64,000 nt of DNA from an uncultured Candidatus Binatia bacterium (GTDB taxonomy: Bacteria > Desulfobacterota > Binatia > UBA9968 > CAXXLF01). A model generated the notes under the pieces. It ran no database searches, was not told the origin of the DNA, and saw only the letters and a program-made list of their open reading frames with translations. Below, piece after piece: positions 40,820 to 51,619 of the stretch. The position numbers and the translations under genes were made by a program. Each line of letters begins with the position of its first letter. Position 1 is the stretch's first letter. Location of the stretch: positions 2,912,001-2,976,000 of the forward strand of contig OZ244621.1 of NCBI GenBank assembly GCA_965218425.1. The letters are read 5' to 3'.

Positions 40820-41611
40820 ATGGCCTTTCTTGAAGTGAACAGCGTGGGTGTACAGTTTGATACCGGTATGGGGACGGTAGAGGCGGTGCGAGAGGCCCGC
40901 CTTGAGGTCCAAAAAGGAGAATTCGTATGTGTTGTGGGTCCCAGTGGATGCGGCAAGACCACTCTGTTGCGTGTGATCTCCGGTCTGATTACGGCCAACC
41001 GGGGAGTTGTCACATTGAACGGCGAGCCCGTGACTCAACCACGCAAGGAGATGGGTTTTGTATTCCAAGCGGATTCTCTTTTCCCTTGGTCAACGGTCGA
41101 GGATAACATCACCTTTGGGCTTAGAATTCAGCACCGGCCCTTGGCGGAGCGTCGGTCCGTAGCGCGACGGCTTATCGACATGGTTGGGCTCAAAGGATTT
41201 GAACGCCGATTTCCGCATGAGCTCTCCGGAGGGATGAAGCAAAGGGTTAACCTGGCTAGGGGACTGGCCATCGACCCTCAGATTCTCCTCATGGACGAAC
41301 CCCTAGCAGCCCTGGACGCCCAAACGAGGGAACTGATGCAGATCGAATTGCAAGATATATGCGTCAAGGCCGGAAAGACCGTTCTGTTCGTCACCCATCA
41401 GATTGACGAGGCGGTCTGTCTTGCGGATCGTGTGATTGTAATGTCAGCCAGGCCATCCGTGGTTAAACAGGCCTTGCACATTGACATCAAGCGGCCACGA
41501 GCACTCGGGGTCAAACGCACTCCTGAATTCAATGCCTATGTGGATCAGATATGGCGCCAGATAGAGAGTGATGCGAAGGAGGCACTTGCAAGTTCGGAGG
41601 CTTTGCCATAG
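40820..41611 (+). CDS. NitT/TauT ABC ATP-binding protein
   Basis: GPSGCGKT, LSGGMKQR, LLMDEP and VTH motifs. Confidence 0.95.
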   Translation: MAFLEVNSVGVQFDTGMGTVEAVREARLEVQKGEFVCVVGPSGCGKTTLLRVISGLITANRGVVTLNGEPVTQPRKEMGFVFQADSLFPWSTVEDNITFGLRIQHRPLAERRSVARRLIDMVGLKGFERRFPHELSGGMKQRVNLARGLAIDPQILLMDEPLAALDAQTRELMQIELQDICVKAGKTVLFVTHQIDEAVCLADRVIVMSARPSVVKQALHIDIKRPRALGVKRTPEFNAYVDQIWRQIESDAKEALASSEALP

Positions 41612-41652
41612 CTTGCATAGCCCTTCGGACCTCGAGCCGCCCTGCGCCCCCC

Positions 41653-42150
41653 TCAAACCGTCCATAGTTCCCAGAGCCACCCTTCGATCCACGGAGTGTG
41701 GAGCACCATCTCGAATAATCCGTACATGAAGCTGCCTACCAGCAATGGAATAATGAGGGTAATCAACCATCGTTCGTGGGCATGGAATCTTAAGTAGAGT
41801 AGAGAAAACAGAGGTATTGCGATCAACATTCCGATGGTCAGAATGGTCAACAGAAAACCCACCAGCCAGGCCCAGATCTCAATGCTCCTCCAGCGCAGCA
41901 CAGCGGGGTCCTCCTCTCCTAAAATGCCAATGTCCATGGATTGCTCTGCCGCCTGGGTCTGCGGAGAATAGAGAGACCTCCATAGTTCTCGAACCACGTA
42001 AAACGAGAGTAAAACGATGCCCACCGCCACGAGACTCAAGGGAAAGAGCCTTGCGGAAAAGGGCCATGATTGAGCCTGCCATCCAAGGAAGAGCAACGTG
42101 ATGATACACACCACGGGAAATAACAATGGTAATTTCAGCATAGGGGTCAT
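41653..42150 (-). CDS. tctB: Tripartite tricarboxylate transporter small subunit
   Basis: Four TM segments, ARLFP motif, located downstream of tctA. Confidence 0.8.
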   Translation of the reverse strand: MTPMLKLPLLFPVVCIITLLFLGWQAQSWPFSARLFPLSLVAVGIVLLSFYVVRELWRSLYSPQTQAAEQSMDIGILGEEDPAVLRWRSIEIWAWLVGFLLTILTIGMLIAIPLFSLLYLRFHAHERWLITLIIPLLVGSFMYGLFEMVLHTPWIEGWLWELWTV

Positions 42151-43649
42151 GCGTTGGCGCGCTCCAATTTGGCCCTTTGCCGACGTTCCTCAAACACTGG
42201 ATACAACAAAGTCCCCACGATCAACGCCATGATGAGGAGGAACCAAGGACGGTAGAGCCACGTGAGCCCGTATAGGTTCAGAGTAATGAAAAAACGGTTT
42301 TCTAAGATGGGTCCTAGAACGAAGCCCAGAATGAACGGCGGTCGTGGCCACCCCCAGAGTTTCATGAAGAAGCCGGCCACGCTGAAAAACATCAAAGTGT
42401 AAAGATCGCCTGCAGCTCCATTCCAACTAAAAGCAGCAAGAAAGATGACCGGAATGATGGAGGCAATGACCCAAGCATAGGGTAGGAAAACCACCCTGAC
42501 CAGGAAATTGGTGGCGGCCAGGCAAAGGCCTGTGCCAACGATGTTGGCTATGGCGAGGCTCCAGATGATGGTGAAGGTCAGGTCCAGATGGGTGGTCATC
42601 ATATCCCGTCCCGGCGTAATACCCAGAGAAATCAGGACGGACAGCAGCAATACCATGGACAGACTCCCGGGAATTCCAAAGGCTATGGTGGGGATCAGTG
42701 ACCCCCCGTCCTTGGAGTTGTTGGCGCTCTCGGGAGCGATGACGCCACGCACATCACCTTTGCCGAAGTTCTCCCGGTCCGGGCATGTCTGAAGCGCGTG
42801 TCCATAGGCAAGCCAGTCCACTACGCTGGAGCCCAGTCCGGGAATAAATCCAACCAGGATTCCCAGGGACGAACAGCGGAACACCAGGGTCCAGTTCTTC
42901 AGGACGTCGATGGCGCCCTGAAGTTGGTTGCGTAGCAGATTGGTGGGAGGTGGAAGGCGTGAAATGCTAGTTCTACCGATGGCGAGTGACATCAGCTCGG
43001 GTATGCCGAAAAGCCCAAGGGCAAGTAGGCCAGTGGGTATGCCCTCGATCAAATACATTTGACTAAAGGTGTAACGTTCGATTCCGATGGTCATCTCTAT
43101 ACCCACGGTGGCGAGCATCATGCCCAGCACCCCCATGGTGATGCCTCTAAGTGGGGTGTTGCCGCTCAAGACCGACACCATGGTGATGCCCCAGAGCCCC
43201 AGTGCGAAGAACTCCGGAGATTGTAAGAGCAGAACCAGGGGACGCAGAATTTGCAGGCCCAAAGCTAGAACCAGGGCTCCAATCACCCCGCCGATGGCGG
43301 AGGCGGTGTAGGCCGCTCCCAACGCGCGTGCGGCTTCACCCTTTTTAGCCATGGCATGGCCGTCGAGGATTGTCGCCTGGGAGCCGGCGGTACCTGGGAC
43401 GCCCAGGAGAACGGAGGATACCGTGTCGCTGGTGGTGGTTACGGCGAATAAGCCGATGATGAGCGCAAAGGCAGCTTCTGCTCCGAGGTTGAGCAGAAGC
43501 GGGAAAAGAATGATAAAGGCGGTGATGCCCCCTATGCCTGGGATCGCCCCAAAGATAAGGCCCACCACCACCCCGATCAAAAGGAAACCGAAGGTAGGCC
43601 AGCTCAGGACCGCAAGGAAGCCAGAAAGGGAAGCCTCAAAAACCGACAT
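42147..43649 (-). CDS. tctA: Tripartite tricarboxylate transporter permease
   Basis: GAIPGIG, GVPGT, GVIAPESANNS and FGIPGS motifs. Confidence 0.93.
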   Translation of the reverse strand: MSVFEASLSGFLAVLSWPTFGFLLIGVVVGLIFGAIPGIGGITAFIILFPLLLNLGAEAAFALIIGLFAVTTTSDTVSSVLLGVPGTAGSQATILDGHAMAKKGEAARALGAAYTASAIGGVIGALVLALGLQILRPLVLLLQSPEFFALGLWGITMVSVLSGNTPLRGITMGVLGMMLATVGIEMTIGIERYTFSQMYLIEGIPTGLLALGLFGIPELMSLAIGRTSISRLPPPTNLLRNQLQGAIDVLKNWTLVFRCSSLGILVGFIPGLGSSVVDWLAYGHALQTCPDRENFGKGDVRGVIAPESANNSKDGGSLIPTIAFGIPGSLSMVLLLSVLISLGITPGRDMMTTHLDLTFTIIWSLAIANIVGTGLCLAATNFLVRVVFLPYAWVIASIIPVIFLAAFSWNGAAGDLYTLMFFSVAGFFMKLWGWPRPPFILGFVLGPILENRFFITLNLYGLTWLYRPWFLLIMALIVGTLLYPVFEERRQRAKLERANA

Positions 43650-43766
43650 CTCGGATCCACTCTTCCCCGACCTGACGGCCGGTTCCCCGTAAATTTCTTC
43701 CGGATATGCCGACCTGATTCATTTCACGAAACTGCAGGTAAAAGGTGTGTCACTCGGCTTAAGCTT

Positions 43767-44786
43767 TTAGCTTCGCCCACCCTTGAGCAACTTCTTCAGT
43801 TGGTCTTTATCCTTTTGGGGCATCCCCAGGAATTCCGTGACGATCCGATGAGCCTTTTCAGGTGCAAGATATTCGATTAGAAATTGTTGTTTTCTTGCTT
43901 TCTTCACTAGCCCGGGGTCCTCTAGGGCTTTTTTTAGCGAGACCCGCAAAAAATCCAGTCTGTCCCTGGGCACACCCGGAGGGGCCAAAAGAGACCAGCC
44001 TACTCGCCCTATATCAATCCATACATTAAAGGGTGCGGGGATGTCTTTAATAACCTCGTTTAGAGTGGGTACATCTGGTACCGCGGGATGGCGGTTTTGC
44101 CCAACAGTGAGGAGGGGTACGACAATGCCGTCTTTTATGGCCGACACATATGAGGACGCGGGAAAAAGCGTCACGTCGACTTCCCCGCTCAGTATGGCCT
44201 GCCGCACGGCGGAGCTCCCTGAGTACCCTGAGACGAACTGCAAGTTGAGATCCATGATTTTCTTTAGTGCGACACCGTTGAAATGAACGTTACCTCCGGG
44301 CCGAGTTAAACCATAACGAATATTATCGGCACGCTTTAGATCCTGTATGGATTTGAACCGCTTCTTATAAGCCATGAGGGTGAGATTGGTGGGGCTCACC
44401 ACACCGACAAAGGATAACTCGGTAAATTTGAAGCGTATATTTGGCTGACCGCTGACGATATTAAGGGACTGTGTAGAGCCGAGATGAAAGGCCAGTCTCA
44501 ACCCGTCTCGTTTGGCCTTGTTATATAAGTAATTGAAGGCAAAGGTTCCGCCGCCTCCCGGCCGATTCTGAAGCACGATCTTGGCGCCCATATGCTTCGC
44601 CAGGAAGGGCCCCACCAGCCGTGAAAGCCGATCAGTGGAACCTCCGGGTGTGGCTCCGATCATCCAAATGATGGTCTTACCATTGTAAAAAGCTTTGGCC
44701 TTGGACATGTCCGCCCCCTGGCTAAGGCCGGTTTGGGCGAAAAATACAAAAACCCAAGTAACGATAATAAAAGACAGTCGATTCAT
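43767..44786 (-). CDS. tctC: Tripartite tricarboxylate transporter substrate-binding protein (Bug family)
   Basis: PGGSTD..R, NRPGGGG, GY.G and PDVPT motifs. Confidence 0.9.
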   Translation of the reverse strand: MNRLSFIIVTWVFVFFAQTGLSQGADMSKAKAFYNGKTIIWMIGATPGGSTDRLSRLVGPFLAKHMGAKIVLQNRPGGGGTFAFNYLYNKAKRDGLRLAFHLGSTQSLNIVSGQPNIRFKFTELSFVGVVSPTNLTLMAYKKRFKSIQDLKRADNIRYGLTRPGGNVHFNGVALKKIMDLNLQFVSGYSGSSAVRQAILSGEVDVTLFPASSYVSAIKDGIVVPLLTVGQNRHPAVPDVPTLNEVIKDIPAPFNVWIDIGRVGWSLLAPPGVPRDRLDFLRVSLKKALEDPGLVKKARKQQFLIEYLAPEKAHRIVTEFLGMPQKDKDQLKKLLKGGRS

Positions 44787-44951
44787 GGTCTCTTCCTCCT
44801 AGATCGATTCAGCGCCTCTCGGAACTGTAGCGGCTACCCCTAGCAAAGTGCTCCGTGTAATGTCAAGGCTTTAAGGAGTTTGGGGGCATACTTAATTTGA
44901 TAGGCTCTGATGAGTATTGCGTGGTCGGTCTGTAAGTGTTAAGGGCAATTT

Positions 44952-46238
44952 TTAACCGGTAGAGGTGTGAGGTTTGGGGGATGCCAGATCTCTTTGATGC
45001 CAGGCCATACTAAGCTGGAGGGACAGGTACGAAATTACGAAGGAAATGAGACCCACGACAAACGCCCATCTGTAAGACCCCGTGAGGTCGTAGACATAGC
45101 CGCCAAACCAGGCTCCCAAGGCCATTCCTAGGCCGAAACTGATCTCGAGAAAGCCGTAAATGGTTCCAATCTTGTTCCCTGCGAAGATATCCGCAATGGT
45201 GGCGGCGGAGACGGGGTTCCCGGCGCTGTGGCCGATGCCAAAGAGAATAGCGAAGGCATAGGCGAACCAATGGGGAGTACCGGGGCTGACCGCCAGCAGG
45301 AAGGCAAGACCCAATGCGCTGATAACAGTTGAAATGCCATAGGCCTGGGTTCGGCCAAGACGATCCGAAACGTATCCCCATATCATTGTGCCACCGAAAC
45401 GCATCAAGCCAATCATGCCAAAGATGGAAGCGCTGACGATTTTTTCGAATCCCTGGTGCACCAGGTATGCCACCGCGTGGGTGGAAAACATGGCCACGCC
45501 CGTGCCCAGCGCTAGGTGACTTAATGTAATGGTCCAAAATGGAAAGGAGCCGGTCGCCGATCCCATGGTCCATTGGCGTCGACCCTGAAGGTTTCGTGAG
45601 AGTCCATGGGTGTGCGGGTTCGGCGGTTGTGCGGCGCCGTCCGGAAACTGGCCCATCTCATGAGGGCTTCGACGCTGAAAGTAGGCATTGGCGGGTACCA
45701 CGGTAATCAAGCCCAGGCCCGCCATAACCATAAACGCGGCGCGCCAACCGAATTGGGTGATGAGGAGTTGGGCCAACGGAACGAGGATCAGCGCGCCGAG
45801 ACCCATTCCCATGGTGGCAATACCCACCGCCGTTCCGCGCCGACGTACAAACCAGTGGGAGATCAGCGCGCTTTGACTGACAAAACCCAGCCCCGCTTGA
45901 CCCACTCCAGCCAGGAGCCCATAGGAAAAGTATAGCTGCCAAATTGAATGGCTTAGGCTCGAAAGGAGGAGACCGATGCCGATAAGACCACCTCCAACGG
46001 GCATGAGAATCCGTGGACCGAAGCGGTCGAAGGACCAACCGGTGAGTGGGGAAGCAATGGCATAGACCACAGCGTTGACCGAAGCGATGCTGGCCGCAGT
46101 GGCATAGGACCAATGGAATTCATCGATCAACGCAAGGTAGAAAACACTGAAGGATCCGATCACTCCGCGTAGAAAAACCATGTTCACAAAGCAGAGGGTG
46201 AGGATCACGTAGCCGTAAAAGAAGCGTGAGGGCATCAT
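44952..46238 (-). CDS. MFS transporter (OFA/MCT-like)
   Basis: DRFGPR, WFVRRRGTAVG and YDLTGSY motifs; 12-TM pattern. Confidence 0.9.
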   Translation of the reverse strand: MMPSRFFYGYVILTLCFVNMVFLRGVIGSFSVFYLALIDEFHWSYATAASIASVNAVVYAIASPLTGWSFDRFGPRILMPVGGGLIGIGLLLSSLSHSIWQLYFSYGLLAGVGQAGLGFVSQSALISHWFVRRRGTAVGIATMGMGLGALILVPLAQLLITQFGWRAAFMVMAGLGLITVVPANAYFQRRSPHEMGQFPDGAAQPPNPHTHGLSRNLQGRRQWTMGSATGSFPFWTITLSHLALGTGVAMFSTHAVAYLVHQGFEKIVSASIFGMIGLMRFGGTMIWGYVSDRLGRTQAYGISTVISALGLAFLLAVSPGTPHWFAYAFAILFGIGHSAGNPVSAATIADIFAGNKIGTIYGFLEISFGLGMALGAWFGGYVYDLTGSYRWAFVVGLISFVISYLSLQLSMAWHQRDLASPKPHTSTG

Positions 46239-46351
46239 TCCAAACTTTTACACAGGTATGCGGGGGAATCAAAATTACCGTTTGGAGTCAGATGAAGAAT
46301 AGTGGGAATGGAAAATCCGCCCAAGCGGAGGATGGGAAGAGTTGAATCCGA

Positions 46352-46879
46352 TTATTGAATAGGCTGAACCGCGAGGATTTTGACTTCAAAGGTCAAGGTC
46401 TTCCCCGCCAGTGGGTGGTTCAAGTTGAGAACTACCGTTTCGTCTTTGATTTCATGCACCCGCACTGGCATGGATCGCCCCCGGGGACTTCTCGCCACCA
46501 TCTGGGCACCCACCTTTAGCAGTTCCGCCGGAATGTTTTTGCGGGGCACCTCTTGAAATGCCTCAGGATTCATCTTGCCGTAAGCGTCATCGGGCTTGAC
46601 CTCAATGGTTTTTTCGTCACCCACTTTCATTCCATTGAGTCCATTTTCCAGCCCCGGGATGATATCGCCCTTGCCGTGAGTGTACTTGAAGGGATTACCG
46701 CCCTTATTGGATTCGATCTGTTTTCCCTTCTCATCAAGTAGGGTGTATTCGATACTGACCTGAGCCCCGTCCTTAATTTTATCCTTTTTCGCTTGGGCAC
46801 CTACTGTAGAAATGGCAAAATAAGGTGTCAACAACGCCATAATTAAAACGTAAAAGAATGTTGATCCTTTCATGGTCAC
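46352..46879 (-). CDS. FKBP-type peptidyl-prolyl isomerase (SlyD-like) with N-terminal signal peptide
   Basis: IIPGLE..L.G, P..AYG and NHPLAGKTLTFEV motifs. Confidence 0.92.
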   Translation of the reverse strand: MTMKGSTFFYVLIMALLTPYFAISTVGAQAKKDKIKDGAQVSIEYTLLDEKGKQIESNKGGNPFKYTHGKGDIIPGLENGLNGMKVGDEKTIEVKPDDAYGKMNPEAFQEVPRKNIPAELLKVGAQMVARSPRGRSMPVRVHEIKDETVVLNLNHPLAGKTLTFEVKILAVQPIQ

Positions 46880-46891
46880 CCTCCGATAAAT

Positions 46892-46936
46892 AAAAAGAGG
46901 CCGCAGAAACCCGAAAACGGAATTCCCGCGGCCTCT
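46892..46936 (-). terminator. Intrinsic terminator-like hairpin just upstream of the PPIase gene
   Basis: AGAGGCCGC..GCGGCCTCT stem followed by a T-run on the minus strand. Confidence 0.5.
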
Positions 46937-47145
46937 CGATAAGGTTTAATTTAATGCCCGATTTGTAACAAGCATGCACCTTCTCCCCCCATAACCACAA
47001 TCATCTGCAGGTGGCGGTCTGACTCGCGTCCAATGCCAATCTTGACCATCTCAGTGGAGCCATTGCCGCGGTATTGAGCGATTTGACATCTACAGTAACC
47101 CCATGGGACATTTAAAGATCGAAGTATTATCCATAACAGGGCTCT

Positions 47146-47356
47146 ATGATCACCTTTCAAGACATCGTGGCGGCACGCGAACACATTCGTAAAACCATCT
47201 CCTGTCACCTTGTGCCTATTCCGAAACCATCAGTCGGATGACTGCCAGCAGCGTCTTCTTCAAGTTGGAAAACCTGCAGATGACAGGTTCATTCAAAGAG
47301 AGGGGTGCTCTCAATCGTCTTGCGGCTCTGTCCCAGGAGGAGAAAAACAGGGGCGA
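47146..47356 (+). pseudogene. Threonine/serine dehydratase (IlvA/TdcB-like) N-terminal remnant
   Basis: MITFQDIVAAREHI, frameshift, then VFFKLENLQMTGSFKERGALN (PLP-binding Lys motif); truncated afterwards. Confidence 0.8.
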
Positions 47357-47551
47357 ATATTCTTGATATCAGTCATGCAAGGAGTTGGGCTTGGCGAAAC
47401 CGAAGTTGAACTGACTCTAGAGACAACAGGCTGAGACCAAATCCATCAAATCACTCAGACCCTTGGGAAGGACGGCTTTCGAACCAGCCGACCACACTAG
47501 AATCAATTGGCATTTTGCCAGGATTCAAAATCCAAATTTGAAGGGTAGACA

Positions 47552-48343
47552 ATGAAAAGGATAAAGCGCTTGACCCTGGTGTTTCTTTGCTCAGTCATAA
47601 TGGCGTGGGGTTGTGGTGGCGATAAAAAGGAGCCTCCTCCCCAAAAGAGTTCGGCGCCTTCGGCAACTCCATCGGTAGAGCGGTCAGAGGGATACCAGAC
47701 CGTCAACGTGGCCGACGGAGGGACCATTTCCGGCAAGGTGATGTTCACGGAGGATTGGAAGCCCGTGGTGATGCCGGTGGCCAAGGACCAACAGGTCTGC
47801 GGGAAGACTCAGCAGGATCCTTCCTTGGTTCTTGGTGGTCAGGGAGGGGTACGCAATGCCTTGGTACAAATCACCGATATCCGAAAGGGAAAGGGTTTAG
47901 GAGGATTGCGGCCGGTGTTGGATCAAAAGGCTTGCAGATTCAGGCCCCATGTGTTGGTTGTCCCTGCTGGGACCGCCGTGGAAATTTTGAACAGTGACGG
48001 GATCCTGCACAACGTTCACTCCTTTAGCAAGAAGAACGCCCCTTTTAACAAGGCGCAGCCGAAATTTCGGAAAAAAATAACCCACGCCTTTACAGATGCA
48101 GAGATCGTCCCCATTAAGTGTGATGTCCATAGCTGGATGAGCGGTTGGATCGTGGTGTCGGAGCATCCCTATTACGAGGTAACCTCAGAGGGAGGTGAAT
48201 ATGAACTGGCGGACGTTCCTCCAGGCAAGTACACCGTGGAGATTTGGCACGAGAGACTTGGAAAGCAAACGAAGAGCGTCTCTGTGGAGCCCGGCGGCAA
48301 TGTGAAACTCGATTTCGAGCTCTCTCAATTGAAAAGTTCATGA
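47552..48343 (+). CDS. Lipoprotein with cupredoxin-like and carboxypeptidase-regulatory-like domains
   Basis: Lipobox AWGC; LDQKACRFRPHV, NSD.ILHNVH, KCDVH.WM and VPPGKY motifs. Confidence 0.8.
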   Translation: MKRIKRLTLVFLCSVIMAWGCGGDKKEPPPQKSSAPSATPSVERSEGYQTVNVADGGTISGKVMFTEDWKPVVMPVAKDQQVCGKTQQDPSLVLGGQGGVRNALVQITDIRKGKGLGGLRPVLDQKACRFRPHVLVVPAGTAVEILNSDGILHNVHSFSKKNAPFNKAQPKFRKKITHAFTDAEIVPIKCDVHSWMSGWIVVSEHPYYEVTSEGGEYELADVPPGKYTVEIWHERLGKQTKSVSVEPGGNVKLDFELSQLKSS

Positions 48344-48350
48344 GTTAAAT

Positions 48351-48857
48351 GTGGATGTTCTAGCGCACGGGCTATGGGGTGGGGCGGGATTTTTGAGCCG
48401 CGGTGGAAAAGCGTTTGCCGCCGCCTTTGTCCTGGGGTTGGCTCCGGATCTCCTCTCCTTCGGTCTGTTTCACCTGACCCATCCCCAATGGATCAGTCAA
48501 CGGATCCTGGGAGAAGTTTCTGGGCCGCCTCCTATTGCGATCCTTCCAGAATTTGTTTTTTATGCCTACAATCTAACTCATAGCCTAGTGCTGTGGTCTG
48601 TCCTCTTTGCACTAATCTGGATCTATCGACGACGTCCACCGTGGGTTTTCCTGGCATGGGGAATACACATCCTATGCGATATCCCCACTCATAGTTCCGT
48701 GTATTTCCCAACTCCGTTCCTATGGCCCTTACCTACCCCCTTTGTCCAGGGATTTTCCTGGGCCACACGGTGGTTCATGGCAACGAATTACGCAGCGCTT
48801 CTTTTGGTCTACGTAACCTTGCTGGTATATCGCCACAGAGTGATTGCCAGGGGGTGA
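48351..48857 (+). CDS. Membrane-bound metal-dependent hydrolase-like protein
   Basis: H..W, APD, THS and HILCD..H motifs. Confidence 0.7.
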   Translation: MDVLAHGLWGGAGFLSRGGKAFAAAFVLGLAPDLLSFGLFHLTHPQWISQRILGEVSGPPPIAILPEFVFYAYNLTHSLVLWSVLFALIWIYRRRPPWVFLAWGIHILCDIPTHSSVYFPTPFLWPLPTPFVQGFSWATRWFMATNYAALLLVYVTLLVYRHRVIARG

Positions 48858-48917
48858 CCCCGAACCTTGGTTCTCCTCGGTGAACGAGTCTTCAGGTCGT
48901 GAGCGACAGGTTGGTGG

Positions 48918-48972
48918 ATATCCGAAGCTGCACGTTCGATGCCCATGCCCTTCATCCTCATTCCCTTCGTCG
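48918..48972 (+). repeat. Dispersed intergenic repeat, copy 1
   Basis: 47/55 identity with 56576-56630. Confidence 0.75.
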
Positions 48973-49094
48973 CACAGCGGTTTCGGGGCGCAGGGGGCCT
49001 GGGACGAAGAAGGGGGGATATCTTAATGCGCGGTGAAAGCGAGATGTTGCCTTTGAGGGTATGATAAATTTCGCGGGTTAAAAAATGGTTCTGA

Positions 49095-50490
49095 TTAGGA
49101 TGCTTTGGAAGGCCTGATCTCGCGTTGAAAAGCAGACATGAGAAGGGCCAGGGTGGCAATGAGTAGCACAACGTAGAAGGTCTCATGAAAGGCGCTCAAA
49201 AAAGACGAACTAGCGAAGTCCTAGCCAAGCCTGGAACCGTGGCTACCTTCGAGATGAAACGCGAGGCGGGGATTGAAAAAGCTTCCAAGGAGGGCAACGC
49301 CGAATATGTCTCCCGGGTGCCTCATGGTGGCGTAAATTCCACCTGAGATCCCCAGCCGGTCCATGGAGATGGAGCTCAAGACTGCAGTTAGGTTCGGTGA
49401 TCGATAGAGGGCGCGGGCTGTACCGAGAACAACCAAGCGGACGACAATGCCCAGGGTGGAGGAGTTCTCGTCCAGGGATGTCATAGAATACAGGCCGGCA
49501 CACAAGAGAAACATGAAGACCCCCGATGGCCATTTTGCGCCGAAACGATCCGTCAATACCCCGCCCGCCATTCCCCCGAAAACCATCGATATGGCTAGCG
49601 GTAAAAGGAGAAGCCCCACCGCTTCAGCCGAAACCTGAAGAGCTTGCACGAGATAAAGGGCATCAAGAACAAGACACTGAACATGATCATGTTGCTTAAA
49701 AGATTTCCTGCCTGGGCAACGGCGAAGACCTGATTGCCGAAAAGGCTCAAATCGAGCATGGGGTTGGCCGCGCGCCTTTCGATCATCACGAAGGCGAGGG
49801 CGAGCAGTGCGCAGAGAAACAACAGAACCACCACGCTTGGTGAAGACCATCCCATCTCTTTGGCTCTGTGGGTGGCTAGCATAAGGGAGGCTATGGATAC
49901 AAAAAACAAGACCGATCCAGGAACGTCGATGTGGACTGTTTTAGAAGCCACAGATCTGCCTTTAATACCGTAACTAGTGAAGAGTCCGAAGATGCCAACG
50001 GGGACATTGAAGAGGAAGACGGCCCTCCAGCCGTACAGGCCGCCCAGCATGGGGCCCAGGGAGAGGGAGGTTCCGACGACGATGGCCTGCAGGCCAATGG
50101 CCCTCCCTCTTTGTTGCGGCGGAAAGGATGAGGTGACGATGCCCGGGCCATTGGAAATGATCATGGCGGCTCCCATGGCTTGCAAAACCCTGAAGCCGAT
50201 CAGCCATGCTACGGACTGAACGAGGCCGCAAATGAGTGAGAAGAAAGTAAAGACCACAAATCCCACGGTGTGTAGTCTCAATTGGCCCAGCAGATCCCCC
50301 AGCCTGCCGAAGTTGATAGGGTGCTGGAGGTGGTCAGAAGGTACCCAAGGACGACCCACTGGGCGCTTCGAATGTCGGTTTGGAAGCCATCGGTAATGTA
50401 GAGGAGGGCTACGTTGGTGATGGTGAGACCGCTGGTGGTTAGGAACACGCCCGCGGACACAATGGAGAATACAAGCCACCGTCGAACCAT
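49095..50490 (-). pseudogene. DHA2 (EmrB/QacA) MFS transporter, multiply frameshifted
   Basis: Pieces in different frames: WVVLGYLL, FRVLQAMG, FPPQQRGRAIG, GWRAVFLFNVPVG, ERRAANPMLDL. Confidence 0.85.
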
Positions 50491-50584
50491 GAAGCTCCCT
50501 TCGGAATCGCCGAGTTAGAATATCCTACCCGAAGCGGTTGCGTTAGGTAGCAACCCACACCGTCTATGCGCTGCAATGAGGGTA

Positions 50585-51619
50585 TCAGGGGGAGGAGGAT
50601 TTTTTGAGCAGGAGAAGAGAGAACCACTCGTTGGGATCGGTGAAGTGCTCAGCCGTCGCAAAGTCGAAGAATTGCAGATGCTTTTGAAGTTCCAAGGGGT
50701 CAAATTTTCGGCTGATCTCCACCAGAATCTTCTCCTCTTTTTCCCACAGGAATGATGTCCCGTGAGAAGGAAACTTTATCTCTTGATCCTGGGTGGAGAC
50801 TGAGCACATTTCCACACGTTGCCGCTCCAGGTTGTAGCGCGAGTGGAAGCGCATCTTGTTGAGAGCGAAGTTGCTCTGGAGAAGCCGGTTGATGTTCTCA
50901 AATACGTTGAGGATAAATTCCGCAGTTACACCCTGGGAATCGTTGTAGGCCCTCTGGATGACATCCACATCCTTGACCCGATCCACCCCGAGGAGCAAGT
51001 AGTCTCGAGGTCCCATGGAATCGGAGAGCTGTTGAAAGAATCGAATAAATTGAGGCTGGGTGAAGTTCCCTATGGTACTACCCAAAATTATAAATAGAGT
51101 CGGCAGGCTCTTTTCAATGCTCTCCATTCCCCCTTCAAATTGAGCCTGTAATCCATGAAAGACCAGTTCCGGAAACTGTTCACGGATCACCTCTCTGGAT
51201 ACCACCAATCCCGTGGGACTGACATCCAGGGGGGCGAAGATTCCGCCTTGCCTTTGTCGGGCCTGTTCCTTCAACAGGTGCAGGGTCTTCTTAGAAAAAC
51301 CCGCTCCCAACTCGACGATACACTCCACCGGTGCCAGGGCGATGATTCGCTCGGCTTCCTTTTCCAGCATGGAGTTCTCGGTTCGAGTAGGATAGTACTC
51401 GGGAAGCTCGCAGATCTGTTCAAACAGTTGGGAGCCCTTTTCATCGTAAAGGTTGTGGGCCTCCAACCAGCGGGGTTGGTCAAACAGGGTTCTCAGGATC
51501 GAAATGGAGGGGTCTTTAGCTACATGGTTCCCGTCCAAGCTCCATATGGATGGCTCCAGGAGATGCCAGAGATGACGTTGAGCTGGGGCAAAAATGTTTG
51601 GCAACGTTTGTGATTCCAT
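50585..51619 (-). CDS. egtD: L-histidine N-alpha-methyltransferase (EgtD family)
   Basis: LYDEKGSQLFEQICELPEYYPTRTE, ELGAG, GSTIGN and AYNDSQGVTAEF motifs. Confidence 0.9.
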   Translation of the reverse strand: MESQTLPNIFAPAQRHLWHLLEPSIWSLDGNHVAKDPSISILRTLFDQPRWLEAHNLYDEKGSQLFEQICELPEYYPTRTENSMLEKEAERIIALAPVECIVELGAGFSKKTLHLLKEQARQRQGGIFAPLDVSPTGLVVSREVIREQFPELVFHGLQAQFEGGMESIEKSLPTLFIILGSTIGNFTQPQFIRFFQQLSDSMGPRDYLLLGVDRVKDVDVIQRAYNDSQGVTAEFILNVFENINRLLQSNFALNKMRFHSRYNLERQRVEMCSVSTQDQEIKFPSHGTSFLWEKEEKILVEISRKFDPLELQKHLQFFDFATAEHFTDPNEWFSLLLLKKSSSP

